NCBI GenBank assembly: GCA_050250895.1
Contig: JBFWNU010000001.1
Coordinates: 3,648,149-3,712,148, forward strand
Direction: 5' to 3'
DNA length: 64,000 bases
Source of the DNA: Vulcanimicrobiota bacterium
Lineage (GTDB): Bacteria; Vulcanimicrobiota; Xenobia; Xenobiales; JADMJV01
Made by a program: the position numbers and the translations under genes. Positions 9,019-19,094 of this stretch are shown here, one piece after another (within the stretch, counting starts at the first letter, position 1; each line of letters opens with the position of its first letter). The notes beneath the pieces were generated by a model, which searched no databases, had not been told where the DNA came from, and saw only the letters and a list, made by a program, of their open reading frames with translations.

Positions 9019-12000
9019 GTGCTAGAATTGAGGACGACCGAAGGCCGCCGAGGCCGCTTTCAGGGAGACCGCCAGCAGCTGGGTCGGGCTCTGGCCGCCA
9101 AGGTGCGGGGGGAGGTCGCGTTCGACGATGGTTACCGGGCCCTTTACGCCACCGACGGGTCCAACTATCGACAGGTGCCGCTGGGAGTCGTCTTTCCTCG
9201 AGATGGCGAGGACGTGATGGCCGCCATCGCGGTGGCCAGGGACCTGGGCGCGCCGATCCTCTGCCGAGGGGGAGGCACCAGTCTAGCCGGGCAGTGCTGT
9301 AATACCGCAGTCATACTGGACATGAGTCGCCATATGAATCGCATCCTCGAGATCGACCCGGACCGCAAACTGGCCAGGGTCCAGCCAGGCGTGGTACTGG
9401 ACCAGTTTCGCAAGCAGGCCGAGCCGATGGGGGTGACCTTTGGGCCCGATCCCTCCACTCACGGCTGGTGCACCTTCGGCGGCATGATTGGCAATGATTC
9501 CTGCGGAATCCATTCGCTTGAAGCCGGCCGCACGGTCGACAATGTCCACGCCCTCGAGATAGCTACCTACCCGGGCTTGCAGATGACCGCCCGCCAGCTG
9601 GATGGCGACGAGCTGGCTCGACTCTGCCAGGGAGGCGGTGCCGAGTCCGAAGTCTATCGACGCCTTAAAGGGCTGCGCGATGGCGTGGCGGAGGAGGTCC
9701 GCAAGCGCTATCCCGATATCCCTCGTCGGGTCTCTGGATTCAATCTCGACGAGCTCTTGCCCGAGAACGGGTTTCACCTGGCTCGGGCGCTGGTGGGCAG
9801 CGAAGGAACCTGCGTCAACATTCTCGAGGCCACGGTCGACCTGATTCACTATCATCCCCACCGAACGGTGCTGGTGCTCGGCTATCGCGACATCTACGAA
9901 GCGGCCGATCATATCGAGGATGTGCTCAAACACAAGCCGATCGGGTTAGAGGGGATCGATCACAAGCTGTTGAGCTTTATGAAGCGCAAAGATCTTCACT
10001 ATGAAGACGCGGCTCTGCTGCCGGACGGCGAAGGTTGGCTGCTGATCGAGTTCGGAGCCGACACCAAAGCCGAAGCCAACGAACGAGCCCATCAGGCGAA
10101 GAAGGAACTTTGCGACGAGGGGGGGCCTTCGGGAGTCGTCTATGAGGACAAGTCAGACCAGGACGTGGTCTGGGAGATTCGTGAATCAGGATTGGGCGCC
10201 ACCGCCAAGGTCCCTGCCTATCCCGTCACTCACCCTGGTTGGGAAGATGCAGCCGTCCCCCCCCTCAAGGAGGGCCCGTATCTGCGGGACTTCCGCGAGT
10301 TGCTCGACAACTACGGCTACGACTGTGCTCTTTATGGCCATTTCGGCCAGGGATGTATCCACTGTCGTATCGATTTCGACCTGCGCACTCGGGACGGCAT
10401 CGACCGCTACAAAAGTTTTGCCAGCGATGCCGCCGACCTGGTACTGTCCTACGGCGGCTCGCTGTCAGGGGAGCACGGCGACGGCCAGGCCAGAGGCTGG
10501 TTGCTCGAGCGGATGTACGGCCGGCGGTTGGTAGAGGCCTTTCGCGAGTTCAAATCGATCTGGGATCCGGAATGGAAGATGAACCCGGGCAAGGTCGTCG
10601 ATGCCGATGGCCCCGATGAAAATCTGCGCCTGGGAGTCGACTACCGACCCGCCCTGCCAGAAACCTATTTCCGTTTTCCCCAGGACCAATACAGCTTCGC
10701 CGAGACCACTACCCGCTGCGTGGGTGTGGGCAAGTGCCGGCGTGAAGAAGGTGGCACCATGTGTCCGAGTTATATGGTCACTCGCGACGAGAAGCATACC
10801 ACCCGCGGTCGAGCCCATCTGCTCTTCGAGATGCTTCAGGGCGAAGAGATCGACAAGATGTGGCAGAGTGAAGAGGTGAAAGAGTCGCTGGACCTGTGCC
10901 TTGCTTGCAAAGGATGCAAGTCGGATTGCCCGGTGAGTGTGGACATGGCCACTTACAAGGCCGAATTCCTGGCCCACTATTATGAGCACCACCGGCGTCC
11001 GCGCCCGGCCTACGCCTTCGGTTTCATCATGTATTGGGCCCGGATGGCAGCCTTTGCGCCCTGGCTGGCCAATCTGCTGACGCGCATTCCCGGGCTGCCC
11101 AAATTGGCGGCCGGTATCGCCTCGCAGCGAGACATACCCAGGTTTGCCGGAGAGCCCTTCACCGATTGGTTTCGACGTCAGCCTCTTCGGGCGGTAGGCC
11201 AGACCAGAGTCATTCTGTGGCCCGACACCTTCAACAATTACTTCCATCCCGAGATTCTCAAAGCCGGCCTCGAGGTGCTCGAGCATGCGGGTTACCACGT
11301 GGTCATACCGGCTGCCACGCTCTGTTGCGGTAGACCGCTCTACGACTATGGGTTGCTCACTCATGCCCGGCGCTTGTTGCGACAAATCCTGGACAGTCTG
11401 CGAGACGAGATTCGGGCCGGCACCCACGTGGTCGGGCTCGAGCCGAGTTGCGTGGCCACCTTTCGCGACGAGCTGGTGAACCTGTTTCCGCACGACGAAG
11501 ACGCGCGGCGGTTGGCTCACCAGACCTTCACCCTGGCCGAAGCTCTGCAGCAAACCGAGGGCTACGAGCCGCCCCGGTTGCATCGCAAAGCCCTGCTCCA
11601 CGGTCATTGTCATCACAAGTCGATTATGGGACTGCGGCAAGAGAGAAAGTTGCTCGAGCGGATGGGCCTGGACTTCGAGATCCTCGATAGTGGCTGCTGC
11701 GGTATGGCGGGCGGGTTCGGCTTCGAGGAGGAGAAATACGAGCTGTCGATAGCCTGTGGCGAACGCGCCCTGCTGCCTCGGGTGCGCCAGGCCGACGACG
11801 ACACGCTCTTGCTGGCCGACGGTTTTAGCTGCCAGGAACAGGTGTGCCAGACCACCTCGCGCCGGCCCTTGCATCTGGCTCAGGTGCTGCAGATGGCCCT
11901 GCGTGAGGGGCCTGACGGACCCGCCGGCGGGCGTCCCGAACGTCACTATCCCCGGGCCCGCTACCAGGCTGGTCCGCGCCAGCTGCTGGTGGCCGGAGGG

Positions 12001-12066
12001 TTGGTCGCCCTCGGGTGGTGGTTGGCTCGCAACCTGAGGATGCGCGCCCGAGATACCGAGGCCTGA
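9019..12066 (+). CDS. FAD-binding and Fe-S-binding oxidoreductase (GlcD/GlcF fusion, YdiJ-like)
   Basis: RGGGTSLAGQ, GEHGDG, CVGVGKC, CLACKGCKSDCP and CCG motifs. Confidence 0.92.
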   Translation: MLELRTTEGRRGRFQGDRQQLGRALAAKVRGEVAFDDGYRALYATDGSNYRQVPLGVVFPRDGEDVMAAIAVARDLGAPILCRGGGTSLAGQCCNTAVILDMSRHMNRILEIDPDRKLARVQPGVVLDQFRKQAEPMGVTFGPDPSTHGWCTFGGMIGNDSCGIHSLEAGRTVDNVHALEIATYPGLQMTARQLDGDELARLCQGGGAESEVYRRLKGLRDGVAEEVRKRYPDIPRRVSGFNLDELLPENGFHLARALVGSEGTCVNILEATVDLIHYHPHRTVLVLGYRDIYEAADHIEDVLKHKPIGLEGIDHKLLSFMKRKDLHYEDAALLPDGEGWLLIEFGADTKAEANERAHQAKKELCDEGGPSGVVYEDKSDQDVVWEIRESGLGATAKVPAYPVTHPGWEDAAVPPLKEGPYLRDFRELLDNYGYDCALYGHFGQGCIHCRIDFDLRTRDGIDRYKSFASDAADLVLSYGGSLSGEHGDGQARGWLLERMYGRRLVEAFREFKSIWDPEWKMNPGKVVDADGPDENLRLGVDYRPALPETYFRFPQDQYSFAETTTRCVGVGKCRREEGGTMCPSYMVTRDEKHTTRGRAHLLFEMLQGEEIDKMWQSEEVKESLDLCLACKGCKSDCPVSVDMATYKAEFLAHYYEHHRRPRPAYAFGFIMYWARMAAFAPWLANLLTRIPGLPKLAAGIASQRDIPRFAGEPFTDWFRRQPLRAVGQTRVILWPDTFNNYFHPEILKAGLEVLEHAGYHVVIPAATLCCGRPLYDYGLLTHARRLLRQILDSLRDEIRAGTHVVGLEPSCVATFRDELVNLFPHDEDARRLAHQTFTLAEALQQTEGYEPPRLHRKALLHGHCHHKSIMGLRQERKLLERMGLDFEILDSGCCGMAGGFGFEEEKYELSIACGERALLPRVRQADDDTLLLADGFSCQEQVCQTTSRRPLHLAQVLQMALREGPDGPAGGRPERHYPRARYQAGPRQLLVAGGLVALGWWLARNLRMRARDTEA

Positions 12067-12126
12067 TGGCCTCGCGTGGTTCCCGCCCTAGACTGGAAAC
12101 ACATCAACTGAAAGGAGGCTATTTCT

Positions 12127-12660
12127 ATGAGGAGATTAGCCATGATTTTAACGGAAGGCTTCGAAGACTCGGAGGCCAACGAACCGCTGCAGCACTTGCG
12201 GGGCCAGGGTTTCGAGATCAGCATCATTTCGCCCAAGAAAGACCACGAGTACGAAGGCAAGTCGGGCGAGGTCAAGCTGCGCTCGGACCAGGCCATCAAG
12301 AACTCCAACCCGGCAGACTTTCAGGGCCTGATCATTCCGGGCGGACACTCGCCCGAGAAGCTGCGCCTGGAAGACGGCGCGGTGGACTTCGTCAAGCACT
12401 TTGTCGACAACCAGAAGCCGATCGCTTCGATCTGCCATGGCGCCCAGCTGTTGATTTCGGCTGACGGGGTCAAAGGGCGAAAGATGACGTGCTATAAAGC
12501 AGTGGCCGTCGACCTGAAGAACGCTGGGGCCAACTATGTGGATCAGGCCGTGGTTGAAGATGGCAACATCGTGACTTCGCGACAGCCTGACGACCTGCCC
12601 CAGTTCTGCCAGGCGGCCACTCGCCTGTTCAGTCGCCAACCCGCCGCCTCACGCCATTAA
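12127..12660 (+). CDS. PfpI/YhbO/DJ-1 family type 1 glutamine amidotransferase-like protein
   Basis: GFEDSE, IPGG, ICHGAQ nucleophile elbow and TSRQPDDL. Confidence 0.92.
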   Translation: MRRLAMILTEGFEDSEANEPLQHLRGQGFEISIISPKKDHEYEGKSGEVKLRSDQAIKNSNPADFQGLIIPGGHSPEKLRLEDGAVDFVKHFVDNQKPIASICHGAQLLISADGVKGRKMTCYKAVAVDLKNAGANYVDQAVVEDGNIVTSRQPDDLPQFCQAATRLFSRQPAASRH

Positions 12661-12682
12661 GAAGGTTTAGCAAGAAACACAA

Positions 12683-12717
12683 AGGCCGAGGCCCCCGCGA
12701 GGGCCTCGGCCTGTTTT
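12683..12717. terminator. Intrinsic terminator between convergent genes, probably bidirectional
   Basis: Perfect 12-bp stem AGGCCGAGGCCC/GGGCCTCGGCCT, followed by GTTTT on + and preceded by an A-rich run. Confidence 0.8.
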
Positions 12718-12731
12718 GGGTGACTGACTGA

Positions 12732-13241
12732 CTAACGGCTGGCCTGAGAAGTCTGGATCTCTTTGACTTTGGCCAGGTGGGTGTTGAGGACGGGGGCGGT
12801 GTGGCTGAAGTAATCACGCAGGCTTTCGTGGGGGGCCGATTTGGCCTGTTGATTGTAGAAGTCGATGTCCTTTTGATGAGCTTTGGCCATGGCTTTGATA
12901 TATTCGCGGTCGAATTCTTCGCCCTGCAGGCTCGACAGACGGGCGTGGAGGTCCTTGTGCGCTTTGGTCTTGCCTTCGTTGAGCTTGACTCCGTGTTCTT
13001 TGGCCAGCTGCTTGACCGTCTCGTTGGCCTCGCGATGATCGTCGATGATGCGGCCGGCCAGTTGTTGGACCTCTTTGTCGTTGCTCTTCTTGAGGGCCAG
13101 ATTGGCCAACTCGATTTCGGCCCGGTTGCCTTCGTCGGCCTTGTGGATCAGCTTCTCGGTGGACAGGTGGGTATCGTCGGCCGCGGCCGCCCAAAACGGC
13201 ATGACGAGGGCGAGACAAACCAGGATGTAATGAACTCTCAT
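12732..13241 (-). CDS. DUF4142 domain secreted protein
   Basis: Signal peptide; EIELANLA..S...V...A.RIIDDH, FDREYI..M...H, and H..K motifs. Confidence 0.88.
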   Translation of the reverse strand: MRVHYILVCLALVMPFWAAAADDTHLSTEKLIHKADEGNRAEIELANLALKKSNDKEVQQLAGRIIDDHREANETVKQLAKEHGVKLNEGKTKAHKDLHARLSSLQGEEFDREYIKAMAKAHQKDIDFYNQQAKSAPHESLRDYFSHTAPVLNTHLAKVKEIQTSQASR

Positions 13242-13312
13242 GATTCCTCTTTGATGGTGTGATCATTTCCTAACGTACCCCCGCGACCTCGCCCACCGCC
13301 CTCGGGATTTCT

Positions 13313-14713
13313 CTATCCCATCCCGGGGTTGGTCTCCTGGCTAGCCAGCTTCTCGAGCCAGACGATGGTGGTCTTTAGCTGTTGCTGGTCGAGGCCCGGG
13401 TGGATGGGGCACAGGCGCAGGACCGTCTGGCCCTCGACTCGGGTGGAACTGATGACGGCATAACCGTCCTGCCAGGAGGTTTGGACCAGCTGACCGTGCT
13501 GCTCGTCATCGAGGTCGGGATGGCGGAAGGTCACAATCCCCAGACTGGCCGGGGTCACCACTTGAAAACGGCTGGACGTCTCGAGGTAGTGCTGGGCGAA
13601 GCGAGCCATTTCGAGCCCGTGCTCGATGGCCTGGGCGAAGGTCTTGCGACCAAAGAGCTTGAGGGTGAACCAGAGCTTGAAAGCCTTGAACGAACGACTC
13701 AGTTGCAGGCCGTGATCGCTGAAATTGAAGCCGCCATCGAGGTCCTCCATATAGTCGGGACGAGCGTAGAAGGCCTCTTTGAGTAGCTGGCCCCGGCGAA
13801 CCATGATGCAGCCGGCTTCGAAGGGCTGGAACAACCATTTGTGAGCGTCAAGCGACAGCGAATCCGCTCGTTGGATGCCGGCCAGCAGGGCCCGTCCTTC
13901 CGGGCACAGCAGCGCACCCGCTCCATAGGCGCCATCGACGTGCAGCCAAAGCCCGTGGGATTGGCTCAGGTCGGCCAGTTCGTCGAGGGGGTCGATGGCG
14001 CCCGTGTTGGTAGTGCCGGCATTCGCGATGATACAAAAGGGCTGACATCCCTCGGTTCGATCCTTTTCCAGGCTCTCTTGGAGCGCGGACAGGTCGAGCC
14101 GGCCTCCCCGGCTTGGAAGCTCGCGCATCTGCTCGGGCTTGAATCCCAGCACGCGTAGGTCTTTCTTCAGCGAGCAATGGGTCTGGTCCGAGAAATAGAT
14201 CACACCCCCCGCCGGGGTTCTGCCCAATTGGTGATGGCGAGCCACGGTCAGCGCGGTCAGATTGGCGGCGCTGCCGCCGCTCACCACCATGCCTGCCGCC
14301 GTCTCGGGCAGGCCCGCCAGGTTCCGCAGCCAGTCGATGAGGACGATCTCCGCCGTGGTCGGCCCGCACGCCTCATGCCAGGCGCCCATAAACGGATTGA
14401 ACCCGGCCACCAGAGCCTCGAGCAGGGCCGAAACGGGGTTGGACGGTGAGGGTATAAACCCCATGAAGCGAGGATGATTGGAGTACATCATGTGGTTGAA
14501 GACCTTGTCACAGGCATCCGAGAACACCATCTCCAGGTCCTGGCCTTCTTCCGGTAAGGGCTCGGCCAGGAGTTGTCGCAACTGCTCGCCCGAGGCGAGA
14601 TTGCCGGCCTGAAGCTGGTCGAGACGCTGGTGATGAGCGAGGATCGTATCGACGATGCGATAACCCATGGCTCTCAGTTGTTGCTCCGGAAGAGAAAGGG
14701 GATGTGAGGACAT
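13313..14713 (-). CDS. PLP-dependent group II amino-acid decarboxylase
   Basis: HPRFMGFIP, SGGSAAN, AGTTNTGAID, WLHVDGAYG and DAHKW (PLP lysine). Confidence 0.92.
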   Translation of the reverse strand: MSSHPLSLPEQQLRAMGYRIVDTILAHHQRLDQLQAGNLASGEQLRQLLAEPLPEEGQDLEMVFSDACDKVFNHMMYSNHPRFMGFIPSPSNPVSALLEALVAGFNPFMGAWHEACGPTTAEIVLIDWLRNLAGLPETAAGMVVSGGSAANLTALTVARHHQLGRTPAGGVIYFSDQTHCSLKKDLRVLGFKPEQMRELPSRGGRLDLSALQESLEKDRTEGCQPFCIIANAGTTNTGAIDPLDELADLSQSHGLWLHVDGAYGAGALLCPEGRALLAGIQRADSLSLDAHKWLFQPFEAGCIMVRRGQLLKEAFYARPDYMEDLDGGFNFSDHGLQLSRSFKAFKLWFTLKLFGRKTFAQAIEHGLEMARFAQHYLETSSRFQVVTPASLGIVTFRHPDLDDEQHGQLVQTSWQDGYAVISSTRVEGQTVLRLCPIHPGLDQQQLKTTIVWLEKLASQETNPGMG

Positions 14714-14863
14714 GGCACTTGTCAGTCTAGCCGTCCCCAGGACGCTGCGCTTTATACCCTGGGTGACTCATGGGGACATCCGGGCTGAGGGGCATTTGAG
14801 GATGCCCCCTGGGGAGGCCGTGGGGTCTGGCCGCGGCGAGCTACCTTTCTTACCATGCCGGGT

Positions 14864-16951
14864 ATGAACGTCAATCCTGTGGAAACAACTCTTTCCAGCC
14901 TGCAGCCGGGCACAGACGACAAGTTCGAGGTACTCAAAGCCAACGACAGCTTCGTCATCCTCACCGACGGAGGAGACATTCGCCTGGCCCAGGCCCAGGG
15001 TTTGTTTCACCGCGGCTGCAGGTTTCTCGACCGGTATCGGGCCAGGCTGGCCGAGGCTGCCCCTCATCACCTGTGCCACCGTCTTCACGAAGATCGTCGC
15101 GCGCTCACCTGCCATCTTATCAACCGAGATCATCGCGATCTCAGCCGGGGCTCGCTGTACGCCAAACGCAACCTGAGATTGCAAGAAAACCACCTGGAAG
15201 ACCGTTGGGAGATCACCAACCTGACCCGGGGAGCCCTCGATAGCGTCTTGAATTTCGAGTTCTCGACCGACTTCGCCGATATCTTCGAGATCCGTCAAGT
15301 CGTGTCGCCACTCGACCGAACCATCCATCGCGAGGTTTCGGCCGAGGGCTGCACCTTCAGCTACCGCGGTCAGGATGGTAGGCTCAGGCGCTGCCGGCTC
15401 GAGTGCCGAGGGGGCAAATTTTCTGCTGACGGATTGACTGTGCCTCTGCACTTGGAGCCCGGAGAGTCCCTGGAGGTGGTAGTGCGCTGTACCTGTTGGC
15501 AGAGCCAGGGTCACAATCCGACCAACGGTCGGGCCTGGTTGCCAACCGTCGAGATCACCACTTCCAACGACAGTGTGAACCGCTGGCTTGAGGTCTCTGA
15601 ACTCGACTTGCGCATGCTCATCACTCACACTCGTTACGGCCCCTATCCCTATGCCGGCACGCCCTGGTTTGCCGATGCGTTCGGACGCGATGCCCTGGTG
15701 ACCGGGCTGCGCACCCTATGGTTATGGCCAGGTCTGAGCCGAGGAATTTTACGGTTTCTGGCTGCTCATCAGGCTCGAGACGAAGACCCGACCCGGGTCA
15801 GTCAGCCGGGCAAGATCTTGCATGAACTGCGCACTTCGGAGCGAGCCAACTGTGGGGATGTGCCTTACGGTTGCTATTATGGGGCCGTTGACTCTACCCC
15901 CCTGTTCGTGGTCCTGGCCGGAGCTTACCTCGAGCGAACGGGTGATGTCGAATTGTTGGAGGAGATTCGTCCCAACATTCTGGCTGCCGCCGATTGGATG
16001 GAGAACTGTGCCCGGCACGATGAGCACGGCTTTTTGACCTATCAAAGTCAACCCGATGGGCTGATCCATCAGGGGTGGAGAGATGCCGACGATGCCGTCT
16101 ATCATCGCAACGGCCAGCAAGCTACGGGGCGAATCGCACTGCTCGAGGTCCAGGCCTACCACTACGCCGCCCTGCGGGCCCTGAGTCAGATAGCTCGCAA
16201 ACTGGGTGACTTTGAACTCGAAGAGCGCAGCCGGCAGCGAGCGCAGAACGTTAGGCTTGTGTTCGAAGATGTCTTCTGGGATGAGGAACTGCAGTATTAC
16301 GTGATGGCCGTGGACGGAGAAGGCGCACCTTGCCGGATTCTCTCCTCGGCGCCGGGGCACGCTCTGTGGATGGGAATCGTCTCTGAGGAGCGGGCTGAAA
16401 AGGTCGCCAGTCAACTGGCTTCGAGCACGTTCTGGACCGGATGGGGCTTTCGCACCATCGGGCGCAATCAACCTCTCTACAGTCCGCTCAGCTATCACAA
16501 CGGCTCGGTCTGGCCTCATGACACCGTGCTTTGCGCCGAAGGATTGGCTCGCTACGGCTTTCGCAGACTGGTCAGGGCCACCTTTGCTGGCTTGCTCGAG
16601 GCCAGCGCTCATTTTCCGCGAGGACGTCTGCCGGAGCTTTTCTGCGGTTTCTCACGAAGCCAGACCGAGGGCAGCCCTATCCGCTATCCCAACGCCTGCT
16701 CTCCCCAGGCGTGGGCGGCCATTGCTCCTCTCTCGCTGCTCTCGTCGTGCCTGGGTTTACATGTCCAGGCCAACCCGGCCCGCCTCACCCTGACCCATCC
16801 GCAGTTGCCGGCGGGGCTGAAATCCGTCACGGTCGAGGACCTCCAGGTCGGCGAGGCCCTGGTTTCGTTCACGGTCCGCAGCCATGAAGAGGCGGTCTCT
16901 CTCAAAGTGAATCGCCAACAGGGGCACTGTGACGTAGACCTGCTGCTCTGA
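14864..16951 (+). CDS. Amylo-alpha-1,6-glucosidase / glycogen debranching enzyme family
   Basis: AGTPWFADAFGRD, PGKILHE, YYGAVDSTPLF, QGWRD, YHNGSVWPHD and RLPELFCG. Alternative start at 14855. Confidence 0.9.
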   Translation: MNVNPVETTLSSLQPGTDDKFEVLKANDSFVILTDGGDIRLAQAQGLFHRGCRFLDRYRARLAEAAPHHLCHRLHEDRRALTCHLINRDHRDLSRGSLYAKRNLRLQENHLEDRWEITNLTRGALDSVLNFEFSTDFADIFEIRQVVSPLDRTIHREVSAEGCTFSYRGQDGRLRRCRLECRGGKFSADGLTVPLHLEPGESLEVVVRCTCWQSQGHNPTNGRAWLPTVEITTSNDSVNRWLEVSELDLRMLITHTRYGPYPYAGTPWFADAFGRDALVTGLRTLWLWPGLSRGILRFLAAHQARDEDPTRVSQPGKILHELRTSERANCGDVPYGCYYGAVDSTPLFVVLAGAYLERTGDVELLEEIRPNILAAADWMENCARHDEHGFLTYQSQPDGLIHQGWRDADDAVYHRNGQQATGRIALLEVQAYHYAALRALSQIARKLGDFELEERSRQRAQNVRLVFEDVFWDEELQYYVMAVDGEGAPCRILSSAPGHALWMGIVSEERAEKVASQLASSTFWTGWGFRTIGRNQPLYSPLSYHNGSVWPHDTVLCAEGLARYGFRRLVRATFAGLLEASAHFPRGRLPELFCGFSRSQTEGSPIRYPNACSPQAWAAIAPLSLLSSCLGLHVQANPARLTLTHPQLPAGLKSVTVEDLQVGEALVSFTVRSHEEAVSLKVNRQQGHCDVDLLL

Positions 16952-17061
16952 GGTTCCGTCCCCCGGTATACCCCGCCTCTAACCCCCCGAAGGGCGGCGG
17001 TTTCGAGCCGGTGGTCTAGACTCCGAAAGGGGTCCACTTTAGAACTGATCTAGGAGAATCG

Positions 17062-18069
17062 ATGAGAGTCAACATCACTATTCCTACCTACAATCGCGAG
17101 CGCTATCTGGGCCGTGCCATCGAAGGGGCACTGGCGCAGAGTTATCACGATTTCACCGTCACCGTCGTGGATGACGGGTCGGGCGACGGCACCAGCCGCC
17201 TGGCGGCTCGGTACGCCAGCGAGAGGAACTTTTGCTATATCAAACTGGGTCGAAACGTGGGTACCGCTCAAGCCAAGAATGTGGGGCTAGCTCTATCGAA
17301 TTACGACGCCATTACCTTTCACGACTCGGACGATATTCCCGACCGCCACAAGCTGTTGATCCAGAGCCGGGCGCTCGAGATGACGGGACAGGTGGCCGAC
17401 CCCATCCTCGACTGGGAATCCATCGGGGTCGTCCCAGGCAGCCAGCTGACCGTGGAAGTCGCCTTTACCGCTCACCGTTTGATCAAGGGAGACGGCTCGA
17501 GCTACACGATCAACAAACGGGTTTCGCTGGTCGACGATTTTCTTCCCAACACCCAGTTCCCGTCCCAGACGCCTGGCGACTGGATCCTGGTCAACTCGGC
17601 CCTGTTTAGAAAGAGTGTCTTTCAGCGACTGGGCGGATACCTTGACTCGATCGAGGAGGACCGCGAGATTCGCAATCGGGTGCTGGCAAGTGGCTGCATC
17701 ACCTTCTTCGTCGATGAGCCCCTGGTCGACAAAATCGAGATGGCCGATTCGCTGACCGTGGCCGACGATACGAACTATGTCGCCAATCGTCGCTGTGACG
17801 ACCGCAAGGTGGTGTGGCAACGAGCCCGCCTCTACCGTGAACTGTTATTGGCCGAGGACAAAGCCGCTTTTGACTGGGAGCGGGTGGTGGTTCCCATCGA
17901 TCTCTCGGGAGTCATCATCGAAGAAGTCAGTCGGCCCGAACTTCTGCGCCTCAACACCGACATCCCTGGCGTGTCTCGCCAGCTAGCCTGGCCTGCCTAC
18001 GGAGGCAACGGGCACAATGGCAAGACCAACGGCAAGACGCGCCGGCGGGCGGTGGTGAGCCTGCCATGA
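17062..18069 (+). CDS. Glycosyltransferase family 2
   Basis: IPTYNR, VVDDGS.D, FHDSDD and ED motifs; AGGAG RBS. Confidence 0.88.
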   Translation: MRVNITIPTYNRERYLGRAIEGALAQSYHDFTVTVVDDGSGDGTSRLAARYASERNFCYIKLGRNVGTAQAKNVGLALSNYDAITFHDSDDIPDRHKLLIQSRALEMTGQVADPILDWESIGVVPGSQLTVEVAFTAHRLIKGDGSSYTINKRVSLVDDFLPNTQFPSQTPGDWILVNSALFRKSVFQRLGGYLDSIEEDREIRNRVLASGCITFFVDEPLVDKIEMADSLTVADDTNYVANRRCDDRKVVWQRARLYRELLLAEDKAAFDWERVVVPIDLSGVIIEEVSRPELLRLNTDIPGVSRQLAWPAYGGNGHNGKTNGKTRRRAVVSLP

Positions 18070-19094
18070 GAATCCTCTTCATCGACTCGGTCTGTGCCGG
18101 CCCCTACCAGGCGTGCTCACTCGAGCAGACAGGGTTGGGGGGCACAGAAGCCACCGTGATTCGGATTAGCGAGGGTCTGGCCCGGCGGGGGCATACCGTT
18201 ACCGTGGCCCAGAACGGTCGCCAACAACTCGATGTCAGCTCTGGGGGGGTCCGCTATGTGCCTTATCGCTACAAAGCTCAACCGCTGGGGTCGACTCCTC
18301 AGGTGGTGGTGAATGTGCGCTCGCACAAGATCATGCCGTGGCTGCGACGGGCATTCCCTACGTCCAGGCTGTGTTTGTGGTTGCACTGCTTTCCTGGAAC
18401 GCGGCGTCGGCGCTTGCTCGAGATGGCCCAGCGGTACAATTTCGGCATCGTGACCGTTAGCCGTCATCACCGCCGGTGGGTCCTTGACCACGAACGTACG
18501 CCTGACAAGGCAAAGCTCTCGCATCTGATCAAGGCCATCTACAATCCGGTGCCTGATTACGTGCGCGCCATTCGACGCCCGGTCCGGCGCGACAAGCTGG
18601 TCTTCTTCAGTTCCCCGCACAAGGGACTCGCTCAGGTGCTCTCGACCTTCGCCCATCTTCACCGACGGTGGCCCGAGTTGCGGCTCTATGTGGCCAACCC
18701 GGGCTACCTGCTGGACGCGCCGGCGGCGGGCGGTCAAGAGGTCATCGCTCTCGGCCCCCTTACCCATCATCAGGTGCTCGAGCAGGTCGCCGAAGCCTTC
18801 TGTGTGCTCTACACCCAGTCGAAGTTTGCCGAGACGTTCGGGCTGGTGCTGGCCGAGGCCAACGCCTTGGGAACTCCGGTATTGTGCCACCCTCTGGGAG
18901 CTGCACCCGAGATACTTCATCAGCCTGATGCGCAACTGGTAAATGCCGATGACCCGGCGGCTGTGGAGGCGCGGTTGGCCCTATGGCGCACCCGAGGTCG
19001 GCCGCGGGTGGCCGGCGATCGACGCTTTTGCCTGGAGCGGATCCTCGACCGTTGGGAGGAAGTGTTGATGCGTCAGTATCTGGAGGCCGCCTAG
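18066..19094 (+). CDS. Glycosyltransferase family 4 (GT-B)
   Basis: GLGGTE, SSPHKGL and ETFGLVLAEANALGTPV motifs; ATGA overlap with the GT2 gene. Confidence 0.87.
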   Translation: MRILFIDSVCAGPYQACSLEQTGLGGTEATVIRISEGLARRGHTVTVAQNGRQQLDVSSGGVRYVPYRYKAQPLGSTPQVVVNVRSHKIMPWLRRAFPTSRLCLWLHCFPGTRRRRLLEMAQRYNFGIVTVSRHHRRWVLDHERTPDKAKLSHLIKAIYNPVPDYVRAIRRPVRRDKLVFFSSPHKGLAQVLSTFAHLHRRWPELRLYVANPGYLLDAPAAGGQEVIALGPLTHHQVLEQVAEAFCVLYTQSKFAETFGLVLAEANALGTPVLCHPLGAAPEILHQPDAQLVNADDPAAVEARLALWRTRGRPRVAGDRRFCLERILDRWEEVLMRQYLEAA

